From Eubacteriales bacterium (GTDB lineage Bacteria; Bacillota; Clostridia; Oscillospirales; CAG-272), in contig JAXEKG010000004.1 of NCBI GenBank assembly GCA_034101145.1, positions 40,987 through 104,986 on the forward strand: a stretch of DNA of 64,000 bases, written 5' to 3'. Below, in pieces: positions 1 to 9,365 of this stretch. The notes under the pieces were generated by a model. It worked only from the letters and a program-made list of their open reading frames with translations, ran no database searches and was not told the origin of the DNA. The position numbers and the translations under genes were made by a program. Within the stretch, counting starts at the first letter, position 1, and the number at the start of each line of letters is the position of its first letter.

Positions 1-479
1 TCTCGTGCGTTACGCATAACTATGTCGCCGGCAATCACGAGCGACTCTTTATTGGCAAGCGCAAGTCTTTTTTTCGATTTGATAACGGCAAGAGTGGGCA
101 CAAGTCCCGCCTCTCCGAGAATCGAGTTAACCGCAACCGAGGATTTCGACTCAGAAATTGCTTCCGTTATTCCGTCTGTGCCGGAAAATACTTTTGTATC
201 GGTGTCGAAAATACGTGTTGCAAGGTCCTTCGCCTTGCTTTCGTCGGAAACAGCACAAAACCTCGGATGGAACTCACGCACCTGTTCCTCAAGCGTTTTT
301 ATATCGTGACCGGAACATATAAACTCAACCCGAATTCCCTGCGTGCGTGCAACGTCAATCGCCTGTCTTCCAACAGAACCTGTAGAACCGAGAATACATA
401 CGGAATCGGGAAGAGAGTCTGCAACGCAACCGTTTCCTGCTTTTTCGGTATCTTTGTTAATTCTGATATTATATTGCAT
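1..479 (-). CDS. dxr: 1-deoxy-D-xylulose 5-phosphate reductoisomerase (partial; the rest lies beyond the window start)
   Basis: Absent from the ORF track because it runs off the edge. My minus-strand translation from the ATG at 479 reads MQYNIRINKDTEKAGNGCVADSLPDSVCILGSTGSVGRQAIDVARTQGIRVEF...KKRLALANKESLV. It has the GSTGSxG NADPH motif and the LANKE motif of Dxr. It sits downstream of cdsA, as in the conserved pyrH-frr-uppS-cdsA-dxr cluster. The ~27-aa N-terminal extension makes the start uncertain. Confidence 0.85.
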   Translation of the reverse strand, partial: MQYNIRINKDTEKAGNGCVADSLPDSVCILGSTGSVGRQAIDVARTQGIRVEFICSGHDIKTLEEQVREFHPRFCAVSDESKAKDLATRIFDTDTKVFSGTDGITEAISESKSSVAVNSILGEAGLVPTLAVIKSKKRLALANKESLVIAGDIVMRNAR

Positions 480-591
480 TTTAATTTCCCGTGATACCTT
501 ATCTGTTTATTTTATACATCATTAGTCTATTGAAAACAACTGACAGCGTAAATAAAACATACCTTACGCCGTCAGTTGCATATTGAGATTG

Positions 592-1455
592 TCAGATTAT
601 TACTCCGAATGTACTTACGATAAAAAATACTGCAAACAGCACGGGTGCCGTGCCGAGTATGGAATCAAATCTGTCCATGACTCCGCCGTGACCCGGAAAT
701 AGCTTTCCGTAGTCCTTAATTCCGCACTCACGCTTTACAAGCGAAGCAATCAAATCTCCCATCTGAGATACAACCGATATAATAAGGCCCGTAATTGCAA
801 GCAGAATTATGAATGATGCTCCGCTTATATCAGCAATATTTCCGACTATTATGCCGAAAATGATAAACGATATTATGCAGAATACAGTTCCGCCGATACT
901 TCCCTCGACGGTTTTCTTCGGGCTTATTTCGGGCGAGAGCTTATGCTTGCCGAAAAACCTGCCGACAAAGTAAGCAAAGGTATCGGTCACCCACGCTCCT
1001 ATAAAGACGAGAAGGTAAAAATACTTACCGTATTCGTTTTTCTCCGAGCCGAATTTAAGATATCGTGTCATTACTATGGCGGTAAAGCCGAATACTATAT
1101 ATGCAACGCTGACTATTGCCTTGCATACTGTTTCATACTTGACGTTTCCTCTGCGAAGAACCGCATATACGAAAAGATACTGCATATACAGGAGCATAGA
1201 AAATCCGAAAAGCAGTAGAAAATATCCGCTATAAGCACGGAAAAGAAATGCTCCGACCGGAAAAAAAGCCGCAATTATATAAGCGGGAACCGATATTACG
1301 AGATTTCTATGTATGCCCAGACATCTAAGCATCTCAAAAACACCGACAAGGCATAGAATCGACATCGCTGTTCCGAGCGCTATTGTATCTGAAAATACAA
1401 GTATCGGAACCAAAAGGCACAGCGCAACCGTTGCAGTGATTATTCTCTGTTTCAT
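592..1455 (-). CDS. cdsA: phosphatidate cytidylyltransferase
   Basis: 287-aa polytopic membrane ORF. C-terminal CTP-transferase signature KRECGIKDYGKLFPGHGGVMDRFDS. Synteny with uppS and dxr. Confidence 0.9.
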   Translation of the reverse strand: MKQRIITATVALCLLVPILVFSDTIALGTAMSILCLVGVFEMLRCLGIHRNLVISVPAYIIAAFFPVGAFLFRAYSGYFLLLFGFSMLLYMQYLFVYAVLRRGNVKYETVCKAIVSVAYIVFGFTAIVMTRYLKFGSEKNEYGKYFYLLVFIGAWVTDTFAYFVGRFFGKHKLSPEISPKKTVEGSIGGTVFCIISFIIFGIIVGNIADISGASFIILLAITGLIISVVSQMGDLIASLVKRECGIKDYGKLFPGHGGVMDRFDSILGTAPVLFAVFFIVSTFGVII

Positions 1456-1504
1456 TTGTATACCACCTTATTTTGTAATATCTTATTCTTGTAGTTCTGC
1501 TTGA

Positions 1505-2257
1505 TTATTCTTTAACGTTTCCGAAGCGTCTGTCTCTTGACAGAAAATCAGATACTATCATGTCTATCTCCGCCTCGTCAAGGTCGGGCCACAGTGTTTT
1601 TGTGAAGAAAAATTCACTGTACGCCGCCTGCCACAAAAGGAAGTTTGATAAGCGCAAATCTCCGCCCGTTCTCACAATAAGGTCCGGGTCTGGGCTCTTG
1701 CTCGTGTAGAGCGCACCGCTGATATCATCCTCGGTTACCGACTTCTTTCCCTTTGATATAAGAGAGTTTACCGCATGAGTTATCTCGGCACGAGCTCCGT
1801 AATTCAGAGCAAGATTCAGAGTATACGCATAATTTGCCGTCATGCTTTCAAGACGGTTTATCTTTTCTGTTATAGTATTATTCAAAGCCGAACGGTCGCC
1901 TAAAACGATAAACCGGATTTCGTTTTTCTCGGCATCCCTTATCGACTCGTTAAGGAATCTGTCGAGCAATTTCATTATCGACTCAACTTCATCCTTCGGA
2001 CGAATCCAGTTTTCGGTGGAAAAAGCATAAACCGTTACGGTTTTTATGCCAAGCTCCTTGCAGTGTCGTGCAACACGACGCAGATTCTCCGCCCCGTACT
2101 TATGTCCGTACTTTCTCGGCATCAGGCGTGCTTTTGCCCATCTGCCGTTTCCGTCCATAATAAACGCTATATGATTCAGTTTTCCCTCGCATTCAGGCAT
2201 TTGTACGCATGCTTTAGCGGTATCGGTTTTGTTTTCCGTTTTTCTTTTGAAAAACAT
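1505..2257 (-). CDS. uppS: di-trans,poly-cis-undecaprenyl-diphosphate synthase
   Basis: cis-prenyltransferase motifs HIAFIMDGNGRWA and RTGGDLRLSNFLLWQAAYSEFFF. Confidence 0.93.
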   Translation of the reverse strand: MFFKRKTENKTDTAKACVQMPECEGKLNHIAFIMDGNGRWAKARLMPRKYGHKYGAENLRRVARHCKELGIKTVTVYAFSTENWIRPKDEVESIMKLLDRFLNESIRDAEKNEIRFIVLGDRSALNNTITEKINRLESMTANYAYTLNLALNYGARAEITHAVNSLISKGKKSVTEDDISGALYTSKSPDPDLIVRTGGDLRLSNFLLWQAAYSEFFFTKTLWPDLDEAEIDMIVSDFLSRDRRFGNVKE

Positions 2258-2258
2258 A

Positions 2259-2813
2259 TCAGATTTCCATGATTTCCTTGTTTTTATCTGAGGTTATCGC
2301 GTCAATCTCTTTGATGTATTTATCCGTGAGGTCCTGAACTGACTTGTCGCTGATTTTTACTTCATCCTCGGTGAGCTCGGAATTCTTTTTCATTTCTTTG
2401 ATTTTATCGTTTGCATCACGGCGTATATTTCTTACGGCAACCTTTGCTTCCTCTCCCATTTTAGATACCTGCTTGGTAAGCTCACGGCGACGGTCCTCGG
2501 TCGGCTGAGGGAATACCATTCTTATAACTCTGCCGTCCGATATCGGTGTTATTCCTATATCTGAAGTAAGGATTGCCTTTTCTATGCCTTTAAGGGTAGA
2601 TGCATCCCATGGCTGAATCGTAAGCGTTCTTGCATCCGAAACCTTGATTTCAGCCATCTGACTCACGGGGGTGGGTGCGCCGTAGTAATCGAAGCATACG
2701 CGCGAGAGAACGTTGGGATTTGCCCTTCCCGCTCTTACAGTTACAAGGCTGCTTTGATATGCCTCTATACTCTTCTTCATTCTTGTTTCATAATCTCTGG
2801 TGTCGAATTTCAT
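2259..2813 (-). CDS. frr: ribosome recycling factor
   Basis: 184 aa, RRF-like throughout (VRAGRANPNVL, IRRDANDKIK). Conserved position between pyrH and uppS. Confidence 0.93.
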   Translation of the reverse strand: MKFDTRDYETRMKKSIEAYQSSLVTVRAGRANPNVLSRVCFDYYGAPTPVSQMAEIKVSDARTLTIQPWDASTLKGIEKAILTSDIGITPISDGRVIRMVFPQPTEDRRRELTKQVSKMGEEAKVAVRNIRRDANDKIKEMKKNSELTEDEVKISDKSVQDLTDKYIKEIDAITSDKNKEIMEI

Positions 2814-2868
2814 AATACTTTCTCCTGTCCTTTTGTTGTATTGGAATTTATAGCCTGTAATACATATA

Positions 2869-3603
2869 TCAAGAGTGGACGACCGTTCCCACGTTCTCGC
2901 CCATTATCGCACGGTAGATATTCTCCGGGTCGGAAAGAGCAAAAGCGAGTATCGGCATATGCTTATCCATGCAGAACGACGTCGCGGTGCTGTCAAGAGC
3001 GGAAAGACCGCGTGAGAGCATATCTTTATAGGATATTTCGTCGAATTTCACCGCATTCGGATTTTTCCTGGGGTCATCGTCGTAAATCCCGTCGATGTTC
3101 TTTGCCATAAGAACTATATCCGCATCAATCTCTGCGGCGCGAACGACGGCTGCCGTATCCGTAGACATAAACGGTTCTCCGAGTCCGCAACCGAATATAA
3201 CCACACGTCCTTTTTCAAGATGACGTATTGCTTTATCTCTGTTAAAAGGCTCTGCAAATCTCTGCATATCAACCGCCGTCATCACACGTGTATCTATACC
3301 GTTTCGTATAAACGCATCCTGAAGTGCAATTGAGTTTATTGCAGTAGCCAGCATGCCCATATGGTCTGCTCTGACCGGGTCCATATCTTCCCCCTGTCTT
3401 CCTCTCCATATGTTTCCCGCTCCAACGATAATTCCTATTTCAACACCGCAATCAAGGCTCTTTTTCAGAACGGATGCAACCGTATCGACGAAGTCGCGAT
3501 TTATTATTCCGCTTCCTCCTGCCGCAAGCGCTTCACCGGAAAGTTTGAGCAGAACTCTTTTGTATTTTGGTTTATTATCTTTCATTGTTTTATCCTTCCG
3601 CAT
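2869..3603 (-). CDS. pyrH: UMP kinase
   Basis: KRVLLKLSGEAL and GAGNIWRG motifs of the amino-acid-kinase-fold UMP kinase. The start may instead be the internal Met at 3585. Confidence 0.93.
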   Translation of the reverse strand: MRKDKTMKDNKPKYKRVLLKLSGEALAAGGSGIINRDFVDTVASVLKKSLDCGVEIGIIVGAGNIWRGRQGEDMDPVRADHMGMLATAINSIALQDAFIRNGIDTRVMTAVDMQRFAEPFNRDKAIRHLEKGRVVIFGCGLGEPFMSTDTAAVVRAAEIDADIVLMAKNIDGIYDDDPRKNPNAVKFDEISYKDMLSRGLSALDSTATSFCMDKHMPILAFALSDPENIYRAIMGENVGTVVHS

Positions 3604-3790
3604 TGTCTGTCATTTATATTTTACTTCATAATTCCGCTTTTGTAAACACTTTTTACTTATTTTTTATATAAAATCATATATTTATATATTCACCGACGTA
3701 TCGTATTCAAAATTGCATCAAAAAGTTCTTTGCTACATGCGACATACGAAATTTTATGAATAAAAGTTAAATTTAAAGGTCAATAATACG

Positions 3791-4276
3791 ATGTATCAAA
3801 AAGAAAGGAATGATTTAATTATGGTATTAACACAAAAAGAAAGAGGTCTTCTTTGCGACCTCAGAACACAGGAACAGCTCTGTATTGAAAAATACAATAA
3901 GTATTCGGCCCTCGCATGTGACGCAGAACTTCAAAATCTTTTCAAAACCATTTCATCCAACGAACAGAATCACCTGAATACGGTAAACGGTATGCTCGGA
4001 GAAAATGCGGCGGCAGATGCGAGTTTTTCATCGTTTGCGTCAGAGGATTCATGCAAAGAGAGTGCCTGTGATTCTCACTCCGACTCGAAGAAGTATGATG
4101 CTTATCTCTGTCAGGATGCACTCGCCATGGAAAAACACGCGTCATCTCTCTACGACGTGTCAATATTCGAATTCGGCGATACAAACGCAAGAAATACGTT
4201 GAATCAAATACAGAAGGAAGAACAGAATCACGGGCAGCAGCTCTACTCTTATCTATCCTCACACAATCTTGTTTGA
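3791..4276 (+). CDS. CotF-family spore coat protein (ferritin-like)
   Basis: Two Coat-F type helical repeats, each ending in (E/N)EQNH: ...SSNEQNHLNTV... and ...IQKEEQNHGQQLYSYL. The start could be the Met at 3821. Confidence 0.65.
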   Translation: MYQKERNDLIMVLTQKERGLLCDLRTQEQLCIEKYNKYSALACDAELQNLFKTISSNEQNHLNTVNGMLGENAAADASFSSFASEDSCKESACDSHSDSKKYDAYLCQDALAMEKHASSLYDVSIFEFGDTNARNTLNQIQKEEQNHGQQLYSYLSSHNLV

Positions 4277-4286
4277 ATTGTTGATG

Positions 4287-4319
4287 AAAAGGCGTTTTGC
4301 TAAAACAAAACGCCTTTTT
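4287..4319. terminator. bidirectional intrinsic terminator between the cotF-like gene and ddh
   Basis: Perfect hairpin AAAAGGCGTTTTG-loop-CAAAACGCCTTTTT, with A-run and T-run flanks. Confidence 0.65.
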
Positions 4320-4361
4320 CCGTCTGACCGTATTCAAAGTAAACATATCCCCCCTTACGCA

Positions 4362-5312
4362 TCAGAGGCATTTATACAAATCGTCCTCGTTTTTCGCGAG
4401 CAAAGACAGCGGTATATCGAATACCGTTCTGCATCCCCTCTCTCCTTTTAGATACATTCTGTAAATCGCGCGGGCATAAGCAAGAAGCACCGATGCCGTA
4501 AAGCAAGGATTCGACGTCATGGAAAGCGAAAACTCAGCACTGTAAGAATTGTAACCGAAGCTTCCGCGCCTAATCACTTTTCCTGCATGAGGATACGTCG
4601 AATGTTCCTTTTTCATAGTTTCACTGTCTATGAAATTGATTTGCGTATCATATCCCGCAAAATAGTCGGGCATATTCAGTATACTATCCTCTATTCTTTT
4701 TCTATCGGCCCCGGGGCGAGGGACAACGTAACATTCACGCTTATGAAGAAGGTGTACGTCATCAATATGCTCGCCTGCCGATATTCTGCGGATAGCTTCC
4801 TCACAAGGAACGGTATACTGGCGTGCATCATCGACCCCGTCAATATTTCGTATTGCATCGGAATGTCCCTGGCTCACCCCTCTGCCCCAAAAGGTATAGC
4901 TATCCCCCTCTGTTATCACAGATGAAAAAATAAGTCTTGCCATTGAAAAAAGACCGGGGTCCCATCCAACCGAAACGGCGGCGATTTTGTCGCCCTCTCT
5001 TGCCGATTTATCGGTATTTTTTATATGTTCGTAAATTTTTTTGTGAGTGTCGAATGAATCGACTACATTAAAATCCCTGGCAAGAAGCGGTGTTGTGACC
5101 GGAAGTTCTGCAGCACTTCCATTGCAGTTTATCATAACGTCGATTTTTCCCTTAGCCTCCTCAGTCTGCTGTGGGGAAAGAACGGGAATTCCGCTCTCTG
5201 ATTCAATCTTCCTGCGGGAAAAGACGGCAACCGTTTCTACATCCGTAAAATACTTTGCCATTCTCTCAACCGCTCTGCCGATGTTTCCGTATCCGTATAC
5301 AGCAACCCTCAT
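4362..5312 (-). CDS. ddh: meso-diaminopimelate D-dehydrogenase
   Basis: 316 aa, collinear with the Corynebacterium Ddh as I recall it. Matching blocks: MRVAVYGYGNIGR, VSVGWDPGLFS, FWGRGVSQGHSDAIR, MPDYFAGY, NPCFTAS. Confidence 0.88.
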   Translation of the reverse strand: MRVAVYGYGNIGRAVERMAKYFTDVETVAVFSRRKIESESGIPVLSPQQTEEAKGKIDVMINCNGSAAELPVTTPLLARDFNVVDSFDTHKKIYEHIKNTDKSAREGDKIAAVSVGWDPGLFSMARLIFSSVITEGDSYTFWGRGVSQGHSDAIRNIDGVDDARQYTVPCEEAIRRISAGEHIDDVHLLHKRECYVVPRPGADRKRIEDSILNMPDYFAGYDTQINFIDSETMKKEHSTYPHAGKVIRRGSFGYNSYSAEFSLSMTSNPCFTASVLLAYARAIYRMYLKGERGCRTVFDIPLSLLAKNEDDLYKCL

Positions 5313-6037
5313 ATTATATCCCCCATAAGTTCATCCATACCGTAAAGTCCGGGTTCTTTTCCTATGATAAATTCAGCCGCACGTATGGCTCCTACGGCAA
5401 AAACCTTTGGATCGTATACCTCGTGCGATATAACTATTCTTTCGTTTTCTCCCGCTATTATAACGTCGTGTGTTGCGGGATAGTTTCCGCATCTGAGCGA
5501 ATGAATTCCAATCTCGTGCATCTCACGCAGATGATGCCCGTATCTTCCGCATACGTTATAGGCACCATTTCTTTCTTTTCTTATACATTCGGATATTTTC
5601 AGCGCAGAGCCGCTCGGTGCATCCACCTTCCCCCTATGATGCTTTTCTATTATCTCAACATCGGCGTCAGGAAACAGCTTTGCCAGTGCCGCTGAATATC
5701 TGCACAGTGCATACATGCCGAATGATAAATTCGGCGAAAAAAATACAGGTACGGTTTTTGCGGTTTTCTCTATCATCACACGCTCATCCTCCGAATGTCC
5801 GGTAACCGCGATGACAACGGGCAGACGGTAGCTTTGTGCATACGTACATACGGATTCACATGCAGTATGTGCGGAAAAATCTATAATACAGTCAAATCTC
5901 CCTACCACCCTTGATATGTTGCAATACTCACCGCTATGTATATCCACCTCCGCCGCAACCTTACAGTTTTCGGATTCACATATCTTTTTGAAAATACCTC
6001 CCATTCTTCCGAGAGAACCGCAAAGAATCACATCCAT
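5309..6037 (-). CDS. dapB: 4-hydroxy-tetrahydrodipicolinate reductase
   Basis: CGSLGRMGG N-terminus, EIIEKHHRGKVDAPSGSA motif. Start chosen at the ATG at 6037, preceded by GGGAGGT. The stop overlaps the ddh start (ATGA). Confidence 0.88.
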   Translation of the reverse strand: MDVILCGSLGRMGGIFKKICESENCKVAAEVDIHSGEYCNISRVVGRFDCIIDFSAHTACESVCTYAQSYRLPVVIAVTGHSEDERVMIEKTAKTVPVFFSPNLSFGMYALCRYSAALAKLFPDADVEIIEKHHRGKVDAPSGSALKISECIRKERNGAYNVCGRYGHHLREMHEIGIHSLRCGNYPATHDVIIAGENERIVISHEVYDPKVFAVGAIRAAEFIIGKEPGLYGMDELMGDII

Positions 6038-6273
6038 ATAAACCTCCCATACCGTCGGCTCCCGCACTCTCGTTTCAATATATGCCGGCGTCTTATCCTT
6101 TTCTATACTCTTTAATATATATACCGGAGACTTATTTTATGCTTTTACCAAGTATCTGAAAATCTTTTTTTCAAATATTCCATTACCGGGTTGACTTTCT
6201 TTGTGCTATGTTGTATTATTTTGTTGTATTATGTTTTACCGTATCAAATATTAACTTAACGGAGGTGACATGT

Positions 6274-6993
6274 ATGAGTCGTATACGCCTTATAGCTTTT
6301 GACCTTGACGGGACGTTGACGGAGCATAAATGTCCCCTCGAGGAACAAAACAGACGACTGCTCGAAGATTTGTCATTGAGATATAAAACTATTATGGTCG
6401 CCTCAAATGAAGCCGAGAGCATATGGAAACAAATGAATTGTTTTCCTATTGATATTGTCGGCAACTATGGTATGCAATATTCGGAATACGACGAAAAAAT
6501 CAAAGGACTGCGTGCAGTCTTTTCCCATACCTACCCATGCGATAAAGAGAAAACCGAAAAACTGATATCCGCAATACAGACAAAATATTCATATCCGTAC
6601 GGAAACAATATAATAATTCATTCATCGGGATGTATAACCTACACACCGCTCGGTGCCGACGCCACACTTGAAAAAAAACTGTCTTTTGACCCGAATTTTT
6701 CAATCCGCAAAATGATGCTTGCCGACGTTGTTTCGGCATTTCCCGATTATACCCCATATATCAGCGGTACAACGTCCTTCGATATAGTACCGAAACCTTT
6801 TAACAAATATATGGCTCTTGACTTATACTGCACTCGCTTCGGATACTCACACGACGAAGTTCTCTTCTGCGGTGATAATTACGAGCCAAACTGCAACGAT
6901 AACCCAATATATCAATCCGACATAGGATTTGTAAAGGTCCCTCACTATACCGAATTAAAAGAAACTCTTTATTTCGCATTATCCAACCGCTGA
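6274..6993 (+). CDS. HAD-superfamily hydrolase (Cof/PMM-like subfamily)
   Basis: The DxDGTL motif (IAFDLDGTLT) directly follows the ATG at 6274, which has a GGAGGTG RBS. C-terminal GDN motif (FCGDNYEPNCNDN). Confidence 0.72.
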   Translation: MSRIRLIAFDLDGTLTEHKCPLEEQNRRLLEDLSLRYKTIMVASNEAESIWKQMNCFPIDIVGNYGMQYSEYDEKIKGLRAVFSHTYPCDKEKTEKLISAIQTKYSYPYGNNIIIHSSGCITYTPLGADATLEKKLSFDPNFSIRKMMLADVVSAFPDYTPYISGTTSFDIVPKPFNKYMALDLYCTRFGYSHDEVLFCGDNYEPNCNDNPIYQSDIGFVKVPHYTELKETLYFALSNR

Positions 6994-7002
6994 AAAAAAC
7001 AA

Positions 7003-7036
7003 AACAGCCCATCTCAAATTAAGATGGGCTGTTTTC
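7003..7036 (+). terminator. intrinsic terminator of the HAD gene
   Basis: ACAGCCCATC-loop-GATGGGCTGT followed by TTTT. Confidence 0.65.
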
Positions 7037-7038
7037 AG

Positions 7039-7067
7039 AAAAAGCCTCGGACAAGTCTGCGGCCTTG
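7039..7067. repeat. copy (27/29 nt) of the tRNA-Lys downstream terminator hairpin
   Basis: AAAAAGCCTCGGACAAGTCTGCGGCCTTG here versus AAAAAGCCTCAGACAAGTCTGAGGCCTTG at 14125..14153. Confidence 0.75.
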
Positions 7068-7363
7068 TTTTTAACACAGAAAAAGTTACCCTGCTATTTC
7101 GCCCATAATCTTTACTGTGTAAGACTTTCTTATTAAATTATCGACGATTATAGCATACTTTACGACACGTAACGACCTCATTCGATATAGGACATCCTAA
7201 GTCAAAGCAGCAGATTATTCCGGCAAGAAATCACATACAATGTGCTGTTACACGAACTCAAAAGCAGAAAATATATTTTGAAAACGTCATCGTAAGGATG
7301 CTTGTTTCAATAGGGTATTCACGTCAAGAGTCCGCTACTGTATTCTCCATTGACAGTTCCCTT

Positions 7364-8167
7364 TTACCAGGTACGAGAATTGAGCTGACGGAACTGTGCG
7401 ACAGTGGAAACGTGAGAGTTAAGTCCGCCGTCTACGTTGATGATCTGACCCGTAACATACTCACTCTCGTCGGAAGCAAGATATACACACATATATCCGA
7501 TATCCTCAGGACAACCATAGCGATTAACCATAATGTTGCTTGTAAAGATGTCTTTTAGCACCTGTGGAACGTGAGCGTCGTTTTCAGGAGTAACAATCAA
7601 TCCGGGACGCACACAATTGCAACGGATATTCTGTTTACCGTACTGTAACGCAGTATACTGCGTGAGCTTGTCCACGCCGGCTTTTGCACAGGCGTATGCG
7701 GTAGAACTCAAATCGCCGCCGCACGATGCCATAGAACCAATGTTAATGATAGAACCGCCGTTTTCGTTTTTCTGTAAATAAGGCAACACGGTTTTTGTTG
7801 CATAAAAAGTACCGCGCATATCGCTCTGAAAAATGTTATCCCACATCTCGATAGTAAGCTCGTCCACGCGCCCATCCTTTAAAGCAACGTTCGCCGCATT
7901 GTTTACCAGCACGTCAATTTTCCCATATTTTTCATCGGTATCTGCAAAAAGTTTCTCAATGCTGGCTAACTCTGTGATATCCATATAGTGATAGCACGCC
8001 TCACCGCCGTCTTTCAGGATACGGTCCACGACCGCCTGTCCTTTTTCCTGTCTTCTGCCGCAGATTACCACTTTTGCGCCTTCTGCCGCAAACAGTCTTG
8101 CAATACCGATACCAATTCCGCTTGTGGAGCCGGTAACGACCGCTACTTTGTCTTTCAATCTGTTCAT
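7364..8167 (-). CDS. SDR-family oxidoreductase
   Basis: TGSTSGIGIG Rossmann motif, NNAA, and the YxxxK catalytic motif (YACAKAG). Start at the ATG at 8167, preceded by an AGGAGG RBS. Confidence 0.82.
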   Translation of the reverse strand: MNRLKDKVAVVTGSTSGIGIGIARLFAAEGAKVVICGRRQEKGQAVVDRILKDGGEACYHYMDITELASIEKLFADTDEKYGKIDVLVNNAANVALKDGRVDELTIEMWDNIFQSDMRGTFYATKTVLPYLQKNENGGSIINIGSMASCGGDLSSTAYACAKAGVDKLTQYTALQYGKQNIRCNCVRPGLIVTPENDAHVPQVLKDIFTSNIMVNRYGCPEDIGYMCVYLASDESEYVTGQIINVDGGLNSHVSTVAQFRQLNSRTW

Positions 8168-8474
8168 AATTTGCCTCCTAAAACTTTTTTTTATTTTATC
8201 ACATTTTTGAAAAATCAAAAACGATTTTCAGAAAAAATAATTTTGTCTTTCCAATAAGCATACTTGATAATCTTTACTAGGTTTTTCAAGCTCTCATATT
8301 CTAAAACTTTATGTTTTTGCTATATTGGTAAACCACTATCATTAGATTTTATCATCACATCATATTTTTAACGGTGATTGATAAATTTTTTCTCATAATT
8401 CTATTTTATTATAGCACAATTAATTACAAATGAAAAGCCGACATCTCAATTTTTCGTAAAATGTCGACTTTTTA

Positions 8475-8568
8475 TTTTGCGAAAGAGCGACCAAAAGGTG
8501 CGTAAAGTGGGGTAAGAACGACTAAAAGTACACCAATAGTAAAGCTTGTCAAATTGGAATTTGTTGAT
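8475..8568. repeat. 3'-flank module, copy A (paired with 9077..9170)
   Basis: Gap-free alignment with copy B. Positions 8479-8536 show 56/58 identity (GCGAAAGAGCGACCAAAAGGTGCGTAAAGTG.GGTAAG.ACGACTAAAAGTACACCA). A more diverged ~30 bp follows, ending in AAATTGGAATTT. Confidence 0.85.
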
Positions 8569-8948
8569 TACGCCGGTGTTCCTACCTCAATTAAGTTACC
8601 ATCCAAATCGTAGAATCTGACCACCTTTTGTCCCCAGTTGTGTGTCATTAGATGATTGACATATTCAATTTCAGGGTAAAGTGTTTCAAGACGCTCTACA
8701 AACTGTTCTATGTTGGGCTCTTCAAAATACAACTCAGATTGATTACTGTTTGGAATTACACTTCTTTTTGTGAATTGTTCCCAGTATCCCAATTCTTGTA
8801 AATATATGTTATTCGTCAATTCCATATTCCCATCGTTGTCTTGAAGAAGTTGAAATCCAAACATATCACTATAGAACTTTAACGCACGGTTACAATCTTT
8901 AACAACAATAAGTGTTCCTTTGTATTTCATATATGTTTTTCTCGTCAA
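8568..8948 (-). CDS. VOC/glyoxalase-bleomycin resistance family protein
   Basis: 126 aa with a glyoxalase-fold pattern: LIVVKDCNRALKFYSDMFGFQ ... VRFYDLDGNLIEVG. Confidence 0.7.
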   Translation of the reverse strand: MTRKTYMKYKGTLIVVKDCNRALKFYSDMFGFQLLQDNDGNMELTNNIYLQELGYWEQFTKRSVIPNSNQSELYFEEPNIEQFVERLETLYPEIEYVNHLMTHNWGQKVVRFYDLDGNLIEVGTPA

Positions 8949-9041
8949 ATTCTTATTTATAGATGATTTTATTATATCACACTTTCGTCAATAAATCAAG
9001 GCGTAAGCCTTGTATATTACCAATTTCGCAATGGATAAAAA

Positions 9042-9076
9042 AAGAAGTAACTTTTGGTAGACAAAAGTTACTTCTT
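9042..9076. terminator. hairpin T1 (loop GGTAGAC)
   Basis: AAGAAGTAACTTTT-GGTAGAC-AAAAGTTACTTCTT, with A-run and T-run flanks. Confidence 0.6.
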
Positions 9077-9170
9077 TTTTGCGAAAGAGCGACCAAAAGG
9101 TGCGTAAAGTGAGGTAAGTACGACTAAAAGTACACCATTCGTACTGCTCGATAAATTGGAATTTAATTAT
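9077..9170. repeat. 3'-flank module, copy B
   Basis: See copy A. It directly follows hairpin T1 and abuts the stop of a 20-codon minus-strand micro-ORF (9163..9225). Confidence 0.85.
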
Positions 9171-9302
9171 TTTTCTTTCTGCATTTTCTAATGAGTAAGG
9201 CTACAGCAAGAATATCTTGCTTCATTTTTAAACTCCTTTCTTGAAAATAAAAGAGGACTGCAGAAATAAATTCAACAATTCTCGATAAAAAATATTTTGT
9301 TC

Positions 9303-9331
9303 TTGACTGTGTGGGCGATTTTTGGTACAAT
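9303..9331 (+). promoter_or_regulatory. sigma-A type promoter of the 3-gene operon
   Basis: TTGACT (9303-9308), a 17-nt spacer, then TACAAT (9326-9331). A second TGgTATAAT lies just downstream. Confidence 0.5.
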
Positions 9332-9365
9332 AAATATGGTATAATTACTATAGGAGGTTCTCAAA

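Noticed and set aside
22-525. Three plus-strand ORFs at the window start.
   Set aside because: They are antisense to dxr, whose minus-strand translation carries clear Dxr motifs.
6038-6207. A lysine (L-box) riboswitch upstream of dapB-ddh.
   Set aside because: The leader is too short, and I cannot find the conserved L-box helices or core motifs.
8499-8520. Similarity between the duplicated module (GGTGCGTAAAGTGGGGTAAG) and the ssrA 3' end (GGTGCATCCGAGGGGAGTCG), considered as a distal att repeat of an ssrA-integrated island.
   Set aside because: Only about half the positions match beyond the first five bases, which is not distinguishable from chance.
9163-9225. 20-codon micro-ORF (MKQDILAVALLIRKCRKKNN) with a strong AAAGGAG RBS, considered as a type I toxin or leader peptide.
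   Set aside because: It is too short and not hydrophobic enough for a membrane toxin, and no antisense RNA signal is evident. It is more likely the surviving 5' end of a gene truncated when module copy B was inserted.
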